A stretch of DNA of 64,000 nt from Peribolospora baueri (GCA_029717555.1 JAMDHS010000021.1:124001-188000), one strand, 5' to 3'. Shown: positions 1 to 12,851, numbered from the stretch's first letter. Notes: generated from the sequence alone by a model not told the origin. A program made the numbers and translations.

Positions 1-83
1 TTATCGAGCGTGGGATGGCGTCGCGGACCTTGGCTCCCGTCCTGGCAACCGTGGCTTATCACAGCGTTTCGATACACCACCAG

Positions 84-1131
84 GCTTCAAAGGTCAAGCC
101 CGCGTCATCCTCCCTACCGTGAACTCTTGTTATGAGTGCTCTCTCGACATGCTCAACAAGCCGACTACCTACCCGATCTGTACTATCGCCAACACTCCTC
201 GACTGCCAGAGCACTGCATCGAGTGGGCGAGCGTGCTCGAGTGGCCAAGAGTTTTCAAGGGTGGGTGGACACATACGCGGTCTTTCTGTTAGAATCCCCG
301 CCATGTTCCCCGTCTCATCGCTATCTTTGAACGGTGCGCTTTCGCTTTCTCCTGGTCGACCGACAGATAAGAAGATGGACACGGACGACCCGGACGACAT
401 CCAGTGGATTTACGACACTGCCCTCGCCCGGGCGAAGGAGTTCAATATCTCCGGCGTCACCTGGCCGCTCACACAGGGAGTGGTTAAGAACATCATCCCT
501 GCCATAGCTAGCACGAACGCCATCATCGCTGGTTAGTATCGTTTCCGCATGCCGTCTCTCCAGGTACAATTTGACTGACGGGAACGTTGGATCCATTTGT
601 TGTCCGCCGATTGCAGCCGCGTGCACGAACGAAGCCTTTAAACTAGCAACCAGTTCGGGGCCTTACGTGGACAATTACATGATGTACATCGGCAACGAAG
701 GGGTCTACACCTATACCTTCCATCACGAGAAGCGGCCTGACTGTCCAGTCTGCGGCGGAGAGTGCATTGACGTGGAGGTGGGGAAGGAGTGGACGCTGGA
801 GAGGCTCATGGAGTGGTTGTTGGAGAGGCCGGATTTGTGAGTGGCCTCGCATCACATCACGCCGCGCTCGCCTATACTAGAGTAGATCGTCGTTAACGCC
901 TTCTCTTCTCCCTCATTTGCTTCGTCCCAAAGCCAAATCAAACGACCCTCCCTCTCCAACGGCGCCAAGCCACTCTACCTCCAGGCGCCACCGCAGCTCG
1001 AAAAGGCAACGCGGTCGAACCTGGAAAAGCCCCTCTCGGAGCTGGCAGAGGAGGGAGACGAGATCTCCGTCACCGACGCCAACCTTCCGTTCACCCTCAG
1101 CCTGCGCATCAAATTTGGGGGAGAGGCGTGA
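84..1131 (+). CDS. UBA3: NEDD8-activating enzyme E1 catalytic subunit (5' part lies outside window; 4 exons visible)
   Basis: Spliced translation [22 protein letters not shown]...[21 protein letters not shown] (catalytic Cys), [23 protein letters not shown] and a C-terminal E2-binding domain ([17 protein letters not shown]); stop TGA at 1129-1131. Confidence 0.95.
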
Positions 1132-1191
1132 GGGCGGGCCGGGTTGGACTGGGACTGGCCTCGAGGGATGTACGATAGCGGAAGTCAGAAA

Positions 1192-1222
1192 GCGCACGCT
1201 ATGGGCTGCGCACGCTATGGGC
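1192..1222. repeat. Short tandem duplication, 2 x GCGCACGCTATGGGC
   Basis: Identical 15-mers at 1192-1206 and 1208-1222 in the UBA3 3' region. Confidence 0.8.
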
Positions 1223-1660
1223 CTGTAGAACTTCCCCGCTCGGAGTTGCCTCTGTGTGAAGAGAGGGAAAGCCGAGGATACGTTGTACAATGCGACCTCT
1301 GTGGGCACCCTACAGTCCGGTGTGAAGGACGCGGCCGTTGTTAAGGAGGGCAACTGATCAGCGATGTGGCGCGCTCTTACCCGTCTGATTCATTCCCCTC
1401 CCGTAGATGTCTGGTTTTCTAGTCTCTTGTTGGCTCCTGGGCTGCTGCACGACCATTCCGTGGACAGACGGCGGAATGCCTTAGAGAACGTCCCAAATGT
1501 GGTAGGGCAATTTGCCCCCTCAGACGAGTCAGCTCATTTGTTTGGTGACGGGCGTATTCCTAAGCGGTGTGCGATCGGTCTGCTGATCTGACCGTTTATA
1601 TACGTTTATTTGGGCGGATTCTTTGCATAAAGTCCGGCCGTTCTGGTCGAAAAGCAACCT

Positions 1661-1732
1661 GTGGTCATCGATTAGTGGTGAGATCGTTTCGTTGTGGCCG
1701 AAGAGACCTGGGTTCGATTCCCAGTGACCACA
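1661..1732 (+). tRNA. tRNA-His (anticodon GTG), intronless
   Basis: Full cloverleaf: acceptor GTGGTCA/TGACCAC + A73, D arm GATT-AGTGGTGA-GATC, anticodon arm TTTCG-TTGTGGC-CGAAG, T arm CTGGG-TTCGATT-CCCAG; 72 nt. Confidence 0.96.
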
Positions 1733-1733
1733 C

Positions 1734-1739
1734 TTTTTT
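1734..1739 (+). terminator. RNA polymerase III oligo-T terminator of tRNA-His
   Basis: T6 run immediately downstream of the tRNA 3' end. Confidence 0.85.
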
Positions 1740-1857
1740 GTTTTGCATGGCGCGTGTTTCGCCGTGCCCATGCTTATGACGGGACGGGACTTGCATCCGG
1801 AACGGTCGATCACCATACGTTGTCATTCTTGCGTGGATGGAACACGCTTACACGACC

Positions 1858-3882
1858 ATGCCTCCGCGTACAATGTCCTCCCAAGACCGGATCAAGGTCC
1901 TCACCCTCAACTGCTGGTAAGCTCCTGCCCATTTCTCCGCCCATCTCCTGTTCCTTCCACTGCGCGTCTTTCTCTTCGTCTACTCGCGCGAACTCTGCCG
2001 AGAGGAGCCGACGATTGACCGGCGCCAACTTGACCACGCACCAGGGGCCTCAAATACATCGCCGCCCAGCGCCTGCCTCGCCTTCGAGCTATCGGTGATG
2101 AGCTCTCGGTCTCCGACTATGACCTGATTGCGCTGCAGGAGATATGGGTGCACTCTGATTTTGAATACGTTAGGCAGAAGGTCGCCCGGCGGCTGCCGTT
2201 CGCCAAGTTCTACTTCAGGTGAGTCTCGGCGTGAGCTCGCGCGTTAGTCGGGATGTTCTGGATGTTCTTGCCGTGTCCTGCCTCCTGCTAACTCGACGTC
2301 TGCGGCGGTGCGACGCATGTCGGAATGGAATGGACAGCGGCGCTTTCGGCGCCGGTTTGGTCATCTTCTCTCGCTGGCCGATCATCTCGACATCCATGCT
2401 CCCCTATTCTCTCAACGGCATCCCCATAGAGGTGCACACGGGCGATTGGATGGTCGGGAAGGCAGCGGCTTGTGCTGTCATCGACCACCCGATGTTGGGA
2501 GAGGTGGAGGTGATTTCTACTCATGTAAGTGCGCCGAGGCGACTAGAAGCGAACGAAACGAGCGGTTGCCATGCTCATGCACTTTGCCTTATCTAATTCG
2601 TGTCTCTTCCCGTCCATTGTTGCCATTCAGTTCATCGCCGCCGGTGGAGAGACGGGCCCGGAGTACAAGCGAGGGCACCGACTGACACAAGCGTGGGAGC
2701 TGAGCAACCTCGTCCTCTCCGCTGCACAGAAAGGCCGTCACGTCATCTGCGTGAGGAACGCCCCCGCCTTCTCTGTTCCCACACTGAGGTCGTGACCCGT
2801 AGTGCCATGCTGATCCCACCTTCTTTCCCTCTCTCCACTTCCAGATGGGCGACCTTAACTCCACGCCCGCCTCGCTGACCATCGCCCTCCTGCGCTCTCA
2901 CGCCCTTCTCCACGACGCCTTTCTCGCCTCTCACCGGCACCTCTCCCCCACTGCTATCGCCCTTCCCTCTTCCCCCAGTGCGACCGGAAACCCCTTCCCG
3001 AATTCCGCCACCGCCGTCCGCGAACTCGGCGTGACATGTGACTCCCCGCTGAACTCTTGGACGGCGGGCAAGAAGCTGGACGGCCCGGCGTCGAAGGCGG
3101 CTGGGAAGAGATTAGATTACATATTTTGGAGGGGCCCTGAGGAGCGGGTGCCCGTCTCCGCACCCGTGTCTGCGGCGGAGGAAGCGGATGTGGACGCGGG
3201 CGGGGCCATCGTTGACGGTTGGAGGTGGAGGTGGAGGAGCACCGGTGCGGGACGGCTGCGAGCTCAAGCTGCGCGGGTGGTCATGACGGGCAACGTACCT
3301 GGTTTGCCGTTCAGCTTCTCGGATCACTTTGGCGTCGAGGCCGTCTTCTCCGTTGCTATTGACGAGGGAGGAACGGTGGAAGGTACAGCTAGAGCCGGCA
3401 CCCGTGGCGGTCGTCGGTCCACGGATGACTCCACGCGCCGGGGATCCGCCTCCCTCGAAGAGGGCTGGCTATCGGACGAGCCAGGCGTGCCTCCCGCTTC
3501 GCCTACCTTCGCCGCCGAGGTCCTCTCCTCCACGCTCCAAGCCCTGCACACCTATCTCCGTCATTCCTCCCTGACCGCACGGCTGCACCTTTATGCTTTC
3601 TTCTTCGCCCTCTTCCTCGCCATCGGCCTCGCCGTCGCCTCCGCCTTCATCCCTTCCGCGGCTCGAGGCGTCGAGGTGGTCTTTGTAGTATTGGCGGTCG
3701 CGGCGGGATGGGCGGGTACGACGGCTCTGTACAGCACCGTGATTTGGGGACAGTGGGAGAAGAGGGCGGTGAGGGAGAGGATGGACGAAATGAACAGGGA
3801 GGTGGAGAGGATCAAGGACGGCTTGCCCTCGAGCGCCGCGGCAGGCGGAAGTCCTTCTAACCCTGGACGGTTTCGAGATTGA
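1858..3882 (+). CDS. ISC1: Inositol phosphosphingolipid phospholipase C (neutral sphingomyelinase, DNase I-like fold)
   Basis: Exons give IKVLTLNCWGLKY, YDLIALQEIWV, GLVIFSRWPI, GDWMVGK, MGDLNS, GKRLDYIF, FSFSDHFGVEA and two C-terminal TM helices; start could alternatively be the second ATG at 1873. Confidence 0.92.
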
Positions 3883-4115
3883 GGCGAGGGACGTCACCTG
3901 TAATTCAGACCGGTGACATTAGAGGGTACTAGACGGAACCGTCAGTTGTCCCCATCCTTCTCACCGGAAGAAAGCGAAAAGAGGGCATTAAAAGTACATG
4001 TGCTCCAAGTCAACCCATCCTCCCACTTGTCGACGTCGTATTCGGCGTACGTCTATCCAACCGACGCCGCCCGGTGCTCCCATTTCCCTGCCGCCGCGAA
4101 TGACACCATCTCACC

Positions 4116-5230
4116 TCATCGCGAAATCCACCCAAGCAAGGCGATGGTGCAGACGCCAATAACAAGTCCCATGATAATGCTATCCCTCCTCCTCCTACTC
4201 GAGATGAGGCCGATGACGCTGTTGAGCCCTGGCAGTTGGCCGAGAGTGGACTTGATCCGGTTGTTAATGCCGGAGAGCGTCGAGGACTGCAAAGAAAACT
4301 CGTGTCGGGTAGCGTAGGCTTGGCTGGACGCATGTGGAGACGGAGGGCAGGGAGGGGACGAAGGATGACATCGGATGATGAGCGCCAAGTGCGTGCGCCG
4401 CAAGCACACTGACGCACGACTCACTCAAGCACACGATCAATCATCCCATGCGAGTTGTCAATTTGCCCTCGCTCGGAAAGCAGAGCGTCTTGGTCGGAAG
4501 CGTGCGCAGCTTTGTACGCGCTGCAACGGAAGTGAGGAAGCAGGGTACAACAATTAGGAAACGCGGAGAGAAGTCGTCTGGGAAGCTGGACACGACGAAA
4601 GTCGAGCCGAGCTTCCTTCCTTTTTCCAGCCGCACCACTCACTCAATCTCCCCCCTCACGCTTCCAAGCAAATCTTGGCTCTCCAGAGCGTTCCGCAAAT
4701 TATCCCTCGTGCGCCGGAAATCCCGGTTATAGTCTTGAAGCACCTCCCGATGACGTTGTACGGCGTGCATTTGGGAGGTCGAGGGTGGGTTAAAAGGCGA
4801 GTCGAGATGTACGGTCAGAGAACTTAGAACTTGGGAGAGCTGGGTCGTGGTATATTAAGTGGGCGGAGGATGAATGAGAGAATGGGGCGAATCAGGTCGG
4901 CTCGTGGCTGCTGCGCTCCCATTCCTTGGCTATGCTTGTCTAGCCAGGTCGGGAGGCACTAGTGGGCGTTGAATTTCGCCGACTCACCTCTTCCAGCCCC
5001 GTCTCAATCGACTTCTCCACCTTGGCCCTCTCCTCCGCCTCGTCTCCATCCTCCATCGACAATACCGTATGGTCCCCGGTCCGAGTTCGTGAGGAAGACG
5101 AAGGCCGGTTGCGCGCCGCGGCGGCGGAGGCGAGCTTGGAGTAGGCGGTTAGCTGAGCATCAAGAGAAGTTTCAATAGCTCGGGCACGCTTCCGGAGAGC
5201 GTCCCATGGCTCGCGAGACGAAGAAGCCAT
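4116..5230 (-). CDS. GOS1: Golgi SNARE Gos1/GS28
   Basis: WDALRKRARAIETSLD..., HAVQRHREVLQDYNRDFRR, SNARE motif and C-terminal RRRRDSIIMGLVIGVC TM anchor; 4 exons. Confidence 0.93.
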
Positions 5231-5334
5231 CTTTTCGCTTCTTCCCTACGTCTCGTCGTATCGGGCAGCTCGCGATCTGCTGGTGTAACGAACGGTGACG
5301 GTGGCCCTATCGACACACTTCCGCAGCACCATCA

Positions 5335-5669
5335 GTCACGTGATAAATTTGGCACGTGCCTCTGTGATAATTGCTGTGGGATCCGTTCTACTGGTCCGAT
5401 CATCCTCGCTTATGTCCGGTATCTATTTTCCCTATTGCTCACCGTCCCACGTCCTTACTTAGGGTAAGGCACGATCCTTAGGGGCGAGCTACGGCCTGAT
5501 GGGTGACACACAGCCCTTCTCTACTTCTCCACCTTTTTGACACGCTCTGTAATGTCCGATATTATATAAGAGGAGTCGCTGGCCGAGCTCCGATGATGGA
5601 AATCTAGGACCTTTTCTCGCATACGCGTCTGGGACGGCATGTGAGCACTTAGTGCATAAATCACGTGAT
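5335..5669. promoter_or_regulatory. Three palindromic CACGTG E-boxes in the GOS1/MBOAT divergent promoter
   Basis: GTCACGTGAT 5335-5344, GGCACGTGCC 5351-5360, ATCACGTGAT 5660-5669. Confidence 0.4.
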
Positions 5670-5960
5670 CCAGAAGATGTCCTCGGCGCTCCATGCCTTC
5701 GCATCGTCGTCCGTCTGGATGGAAGATAATGTCCAACATCCATCTCTCCTTGCTCGAACCTTGGCATGGGCGCTTGCCCTCTTTATTAAAACTTCTATAG
5801 AAGGCGGTATTGGTTGTTGCTGCGAAAGTCTTAAACCTTTCGACATTGGTTTGGCCGAAGAGTCCTTTTACGCCCTCAGCGTGCCCCTCCGGTGGTCACA
5901 TCCAACCCATTCCCTCCCCCTTCCGATGGTCTCTACTCTCATTGCCCGACAACGCACATC

Positions 5961-7446
5961 ATGGCCGACAGCTCCAACCGCGACTTTCCAAACCTGCTCC
6001 TATTTTTTCTCCCGATCCCCATTCTCGTCCTTGCACTCACTGGTCCACCATCATCGACCTTGCGCACGTTCATCTACCTCCCCTTCATCCTCGCTTTGTA
6101 CACGCATGCGATCCGTCGTTACTATACCAGCATTCCGACACTCGATATGGCGATTGGGATTTTTGCTGGTTACGGCATTATGAGGTCTGTCCAGCTTCTC
6201 ATGCTATCACGCCCAGAGGAAGAGGACTGGTTGTTGAGCCGGAGCTCAAGTGAACGCAAGAGGGACACAGCGGGTCATCGGAACGGATCAGCGGAAGGCG
6301 ACCCTTCCTCAAGCTTCCACTCGCCACCGTCTCCTCTTCCTGACTGGTCTTGGGACAAGTTCGTCTGGGCGGCGCGGCTCGTCACGAGCATGCGTGGAAC
6401 TGGGTGGAGCTGGGAGTCTATCGGCACGCCCGTGGCTGACAAGTGAGCTTGCTTGCTCCATGTCCAATGGAGCCCTGTCCAGTTCTTTAAATAATCTATA
6501 GATCCACTGGTCCAGGCTCTGACTTTGCTGTTTTTATTCTTCTTCCAGGCGATCTCGAGCTTCTTTCCTCTTCTCCGAAACACTCTTCTTCATCGCCTTC
6601 TATCTCTTCGTCGACGTCCTCACGACCTTCTTCAAAACTCAGCCCTACTTCTCGGGCCTCCTCTTCTTCCCCACGCCCCTCTCCTCTCTCCCCCTCTCCA
6701 AACGCTTCTTCTACACACTCACCAGTGTATTAATGGTGTGGACCTCCATTCACTACGCCTACCTCGCCACCGCCCTGTCCTTCGTCGCATTCAGCACCCT
6801 CCTCCCTGAACGTTTCCGCTCCGATCCGCAAGAGTGGGCGCCCATCATGGAACCTCTATACAAGGCGACAAGCATAAGGAGCTTTTGGAGTCGTGTCTGG
6901 CACACCATGTTTCGCCGCGTCTTCGTCAGCATCGGCTGGCGCGGCGTCGGTAGACCGCTCCTGTCTGCGCTGGGGTACGAGCCGATAATCGACGCCGACG
7001 GAAGACGTGCAGCCAAGACGTGCACATACGAGAGCGAAACACGCAAGGATGTACGGAAGGTCCCGCCGGCATGGCTGGAGCATGCACTTTTCGTCTTCCC
7101 TATCTTCCTTCTCTCCGGCCTCTATCACGCCATAGGGCAGTACACCCTCGCTGAGCCTAGATTGCCGAAGCATCTGGTGCGCTCGGCAACGCTCGCCAAC
7201 ATCGGCTTCTTCGTCTGGCAACCCGTCGGCATCGCACTCGAGTCCGTCTTGCTACCCCTCTTCGGCAAGGGTCTCATCGGTCACCTGGTCCGGAGGCTTT
7301 GGGTGCTCCTTTGGTTGCTCGTTACGGTCGAGCCCGTCGTGGATGGGTGGGTGAAGGCCTATCTGTGGACGTCCGACATTCTACCTTTCAGCGTCGTTCG
7401 TTGGGCCGCCCAAGCGTTGGGAATGCCTATCCAAACTCTCTTTTAA
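5961..7446 (+). CDS. Membrane-bound O-acyltransferase, MBOAT_2/wax-synthase (Tri7-like) family
   Basis: Multi-TM protein with one intron (~6444-6548); motifs TSMRGTGWSW, ATSIRSFWSRVWHTMFRR, FLLSGLYH (catalytic His), FFVWQPVGIALE. Confidence 0.85.
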
Positions 7447-7728
7447 GTAGCTTTATTCCGTGTCCATGACAAGCGCATCCACCCCCCCCCCCCGGTCTTC
7501 GCATCGGGTTAGCAGTTTGGGCCAAACCTTCAATGTACTTCTAGCTTATTGCACATTCGTTCGCATCTCGTTGGCTGCTCGCATGAGCATCGCACGTCCC
7601 ATTCGTGTAAATATATAATGGATCCTCCCACTATTTGAAGACGTACTCTACAGAAGGAAGCGATCGTCCAAAGCGTTCCGATCCAAACTTGGACTTGTGC
7701 CATCGCTTTCTGGTGAGAAATTTCGGCC

Positions 7729-10700
7729 TCAGAAGATCTCGACTCCCTTTTTGCTGTCCGAGATGGCCACCACCTTAGCTCCGAACTCGAATGGAGAGCC
7801 CTGGAAAGCGAACGGCGGAGATTCGGATACGGATTCGAATTGGTGCTTGGTGAGTTAACGACCGCCTCGATTCGATCGACAAGGACGTCCCAGTCGACGA
7901 TCAGACTCACGTCGTAAGCGACAAAGTCGGCCTTTTCGTCGGCGACGACGCCGTTGGACCCGTTCAATCCGAAGATTTGATCAAAGCTTCCGGGGAGGAG
8001 GGGTAAGCGTATGCGGGATAGAAGGATGAGGCAAGACGTTAGACGGGCTGGACGAGCGCCATCGTGGCAGAAAGAGGGGTTTGTCCTACTTACTTGGATG
8101 AAAGCAGGGCGACCGCTTCTGACTCGCCAAGGAGGCTGTTAGTGTCTCTCGCAGCCCACGCAGCGTCCCAGATGAGATTGCGTGCTTCCCAGTCCTCGGA
8201 GATGCCGATCGCTACAGTGACGCCGGCCTTTGTCAGCGCGGAGATGAGCGTCTCGCCGGTGAGAGGCGGGCCCAAGAGGCTGGTTTAACGGAAGGACGGC
8301 GCGAAATACGAAAATTGCATTAAGCGCACACAGAGACCGAAAGTGTGTTGTCACGTCTAAAGGGAGACCCTCGACACTCACGAGCGCCTTTGGTCCCAAG
8401 ACTGGACGAAGCTGCGAGGGGCAACGATGGCCGAGATACCGGCTTCGGCGATCTTGTGCGCTAGCAAATGGCCCTCAGCGGCACCCTGGAGAAAAATACA
8501 AGCCCATCTGAGCAATCCGTATCAGGTGATATCTTTCCCCTACCGTTCACTTACGAGGAAGACGAGCTTGAGCGTCTTTCCAGTGTGAGCTTCGACGTCC
8601 TTCTTGAGTCTGATCAGCGTCGCCATATGATCTGCCCTGTCGACGGCGACGACAAGAGGCAGCTTGCCCTGTCCGGCCAGGTGGAAATAGTTGGGTCCAT
8701 CCGCACCGTGCCGGTGCTGGCTCTCGGAGAGAAGCAGTCGGCGCAACAGCCCGATTTGGGCCGAGATAGAAGGCGGGTGGTCGGAGTGGCGCAGGGCAAA
8801 GTTGAGAGCGACGGAGTCGGACAGAATTGCGTCGTCATCCAAAGCTAATGGCGCAGATGATCGAGGAGGAAGAGTCGAGCGGCATGAGGCCATGTGGAAT
8901 ACGGCACCTGCCACTGTGCAATGCTGATCCAAGGCTCACCATGCAGGGCGCCAGTCTTGAAAGAGGCCGACACGCCGGAGAACGAGCCGCTCCATTCCGG
9001 AGCGACGATGCCGCGAGTGACACCGGATCTGTATGCGATTCTAAAGGGAAAATGTACGGACGAAGAGAGGGTGTCAGGGCCAATACATCCGGCGAGACGG
9101 GAAGGAGACCTCGCCAGTTACCCACTTCATGTTCTTTCCTCCCCAGAGAAGGCCGTCGGCAGCCTTGACCGTGCCCATCGTGGCGAGACCACCAATCTCT
9201 GGGCTGGGGGCGGGCGCTCCGCCAGCAGAAAAAGGGTCAAATGGTTCTCCGTCGCTCGTCTCCGCTTCGCTGGCTATGTCGGCGAGGCCGAGCGTTGCAC
9301 CGAAGGACGTGAGGCCCGGAAGGATGTAACCACCCCGGAGGTCGATGACGACAGCCTTTTCCAAGGCAGATGGACAGTCACCGACGCAGGAAACGATGCC
9401 ATCTTCCACGACAACGGACAAATCCTCCTCCTTTGAAGAGGCCGAATGCTGCAAACCGGAGGAGCTGAAAATTTTGCCCACATTCTTGAACACCACTCGT
9501 TTGGCGACGGTAGTCTCCGGGACAATCTCGCCATCGAAGCTCTTCGGCACGGCGCTGAAATTACCAGCCAACCCGAGTTCCTTTGCAAAGTCACCCTGCT
9601 TGGGCGCATCGGCAGTGAGGTCGAATCCGGCAGACGGGGTGTGGGCGTCATCCAACTGTGCGATTCCGTCGATCCAGACTTGTTTCGGCTCGGCGCCGAG
9701 ACGGAGCGGGTGCGTATTCCACAACACGAGGTCACCGTCGAAGCCTTCCTTGACGCGGCCCAATCGGTAGCCGAAGCCGAGCGCGTCGGCGGGCGCAATA
9801 GTAACGGCCCTCAGCGCATCTTCTTCGGTCAAGGAAAAGTGGTGGGACTGTCCGGCTTGGTAGAGCAGTCGGCGCGAGTCCAAGACCGGATGATCGGATT
9901 TCTACGGACGATCCGTGGCGGAAAGACGACGAGCAGCGATGAGAAGACCGCCGTCGCAGGGAGAGGCTGAAGCTGAGCTGCCCGACTTACCAAGATGGGA
10001 GTAATGTTCTGCGCCGCAAGCAGAGCAGGAGCAAACTCGCTGCCCCACCACGCCTCACGCTTGTAACGCCCGTTGGTGCTGAACATGGCCACCGCGGGTG
10101 TGCCTCCCCAGACCTTCTTCAACGTGTCCGGGATGCGGAAGGCTTCATGGGCGTGGTGGAAGGCGGCAAGGGGGAACTGAAAGTGAAGAGGAGCGACGAT
10201 GGATAAACCAGGTGATCTTTGGAGAAAGCACAATGTTACTGGCGGCATCTCTGCAGCTCACCTTGAACTCGTTCGTATGCCTTATAAAGTTGTCCAGCTG
10301 CGATTCGGCTGTGATGAGGTAGATGCCGCGCTCTTTATCAACGCTTGGCGAGTCGAGACGGACGGCCAACAAACCGAACACTCACTGTAGCAGTGCGTAT
10401 TGACCTTGACGCGTCCGCGAAGCACGTCGACGAGCGCCTCCCACTTGAAAAGAGCAAAAAGTTCAAAGATCGGGTCAGAAAAGCTAGGACCCACGAGGTG
10501 AGCCCGGTCACCACCGTCTCGCTCACCTGGAAGTCCTCCGGGAACTTATCGGAAAGCTGCTTCCCTTTCTTATGAGCGGAAAGCGCCCGTTCGCAGTACT
10601 CGTCTTGGGCCTGCATAATCTTTCGAGCTTTCTCTGCGTGACAGCGAAAACATCATGCAACCGTCAGCCAATGGGGCGCGTCGCCGTTTGCCGGACTTGT

Positions 10701-11919
10701 GGCTGAGCCGTGCAATGAAACACACCGAAGCTGCTCCTGAAGCTCCAGGCCTCGTCCATCCGGGTCTCGTCGTACACCCGCCGAATGTTCTCTCCGCAAG
10801 CCATCTTGGAAAAGCAAAGGGCGGGTCAGCTCGAGACGTGGGGCCGGAAAGAAGCGAACGGACGGGTCAAAGCACCTTCATATGTCTCCAGGCGCCGGGC
10901 CTGCCGCGAGCGCCGCCAGGGAGAACGAGGGTGGCGGGAGGGTCGATGACCATCGACGAGGGAACCTGAGTGTCCACGGGACGCAGCTTGATGGGAAACG
11001 CTTGGCCGCCGATCTAAAGCATATCGGAGAGTGGTTGACGTACATGAATGATGGAATGGCGGTAGGGCCATCAGTCGGCGGGAGAGGAGCTTACGCACGT
11101 TGTTCGCCGAGCCGGGGAGGACGAGCGAGGTGGTGACGCCGCCAGATACGACGGAGTGCAGGGCAACGTCGTGATAGTTGAAGCCGTCCAAGCTCCGCAG
11201 CTGCAGGTCAATTGTACCATCAGTTCAATCGGCCACGCCTAGGAGACTCGGCCCCGGGTCGGTCGGTCACTGACCTCGGGGAGAATGGGTTTCTTTTCGC
11301 TGTTTCCGTCCTCGGTAGCGCTCAGCAAGGGAAGGGGATACACTCCCAAGTGGGAGTGCAAGTCGACGAGGCCAGGGGTGAGCCAGGCGCCCTGGGCATC
11401 GACCTTTTGCACCTTGACGCCGTCGATGTGGCCGTCTGGGGCGAGGTCAGAGTGGAGCAATTGGCCTACGCGCTTGATGATGCCGCCGTGGACGAAAACG
11501 TCGGTGGACTTGAGAACTTGCTTTCCGTCGTCTGCCCCGGTCCAGATGGTAGCGTTGGTGATGAGAAGGGGCGCGGTGCCGGGCACGAAGCGATCCGAGG
11601 TCTGGCGCTGGTAGAAGTCGTCAGGCATGCCGGGACGGACGACGGCGGCGCTACACTTGGCCAGCTGGTCCTCCCACGCGGCGTCGGCGACCGGAGTGGG
11701 TTCATCGGAGGTGGTGGGATGACAGTGCCACCGGAGGCCGACGAACAAGGTGAGGCAAGCGAGGGCGAGGATGGACCAGGAGCGAAGACGCTTGCGCCTC
11801 TGCGAGCCGTCGGAGGTGTACCATTGCGAGGTAACGGACTGAGGGAAGACGTGGTCTTCCAGGTAGATGGGGCCCTGGCCCTTGTCGTCATGGCTGAAGT
11901 AGCCGGCAAGGGGGGCCAT
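7729..11919 (-). CDS. Metal-dependent amidohydrolase (often annotated carbohydrate esterase family 9) with N-terminal membrane anchor and two amidohydrolase-like halves
   Basis: LITNATIWTG, WLTPGLVDLHSHLG, SGGVTTSLVLPGSAN, HMKMACGEN, NTHCY, AFHHAHE, KSDHP, GRVKEGFDGDLVLW; C-terminal DFVAYDGSPFEFGAKVV; about a dozen exons. Confidence 0.88.
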
Positions 11920-12218
11920 GTTGGAAGAGGGGCGGTGGTGGAGAAGAAGAAGGAGGAGGGAAAGCAAGCCAGCGCGCCCGTTCGTCCGCTTCTCCGCACC
12001 TCCTTATCTATCTACCACGTGACCTGGTCGGCCCTCTTCGGCCTTACCTGGTTCGGCCGATCCGAGACCGAGGTTACCGCACACCAACGGCTGGTGCTGA
12101 GGACGTCTCAACTTGATGCCATGCCATGCTCATGTTCCTCTCGCCAGGCGCATCCGATCGTCTAGAATACAAGACAAGCACCGCATTCCGAGCGGAGCCC
12201 ATGCACCGCGCCTCCGCT

Positions 12219-12814
12219 TCACACCAACACGTCCAAGATGCGTCCGGCGTTGTATGCTACATCGAGATCTGGCTCGTAGAGAAACGCAGGAAGATCAAAG
12301 TCTCCCTCATCCCGCGCATGATCCTCTCTGCCGCCGTCGCCCAAGTAAGCGGGAGGCTGCATGGTGCTCCGCAGGACGAGCCACACCGCATCCGCGTTCA
12401 CCTCGGCGAGCTCGAGATAGACCCTGCGCGCGGACAGCTGGATCTCGTCGTCCTGTCGGACGTCGAGGAAAACGCGCAGACGGAGGCACAGCTCCCATGT
12501 CAGCGCGTCCTGTATTGGCACGCGGCTCACCACCGCGCCCAGGGTGCTCAATATGGAGCGGTGGAGGCGGTGGGAGATGGTGTGCCTCGTGCCGCCGCCG
12601 CCTCCAATCCTTCGAGCGCCCTGGGCAACGTGAAACGGGAACGCGGACTTGCGGTCCTTCTCCATCTGAGCGTCGAGCAATCGCCGCAAGCGAGGCCAGG
12701 CATCGTCGATGATGCGCTTCGACACAAAGTCGCCCACGTGCTGGGCCAGGCTCTCTAAGAGGGCGCACGCCTCGGCGACGACGAACGGCTCCTCCTTCCG
12801 CGGCGTAGCGGTCG

Positions 12815-12851
<37 letters not shown>

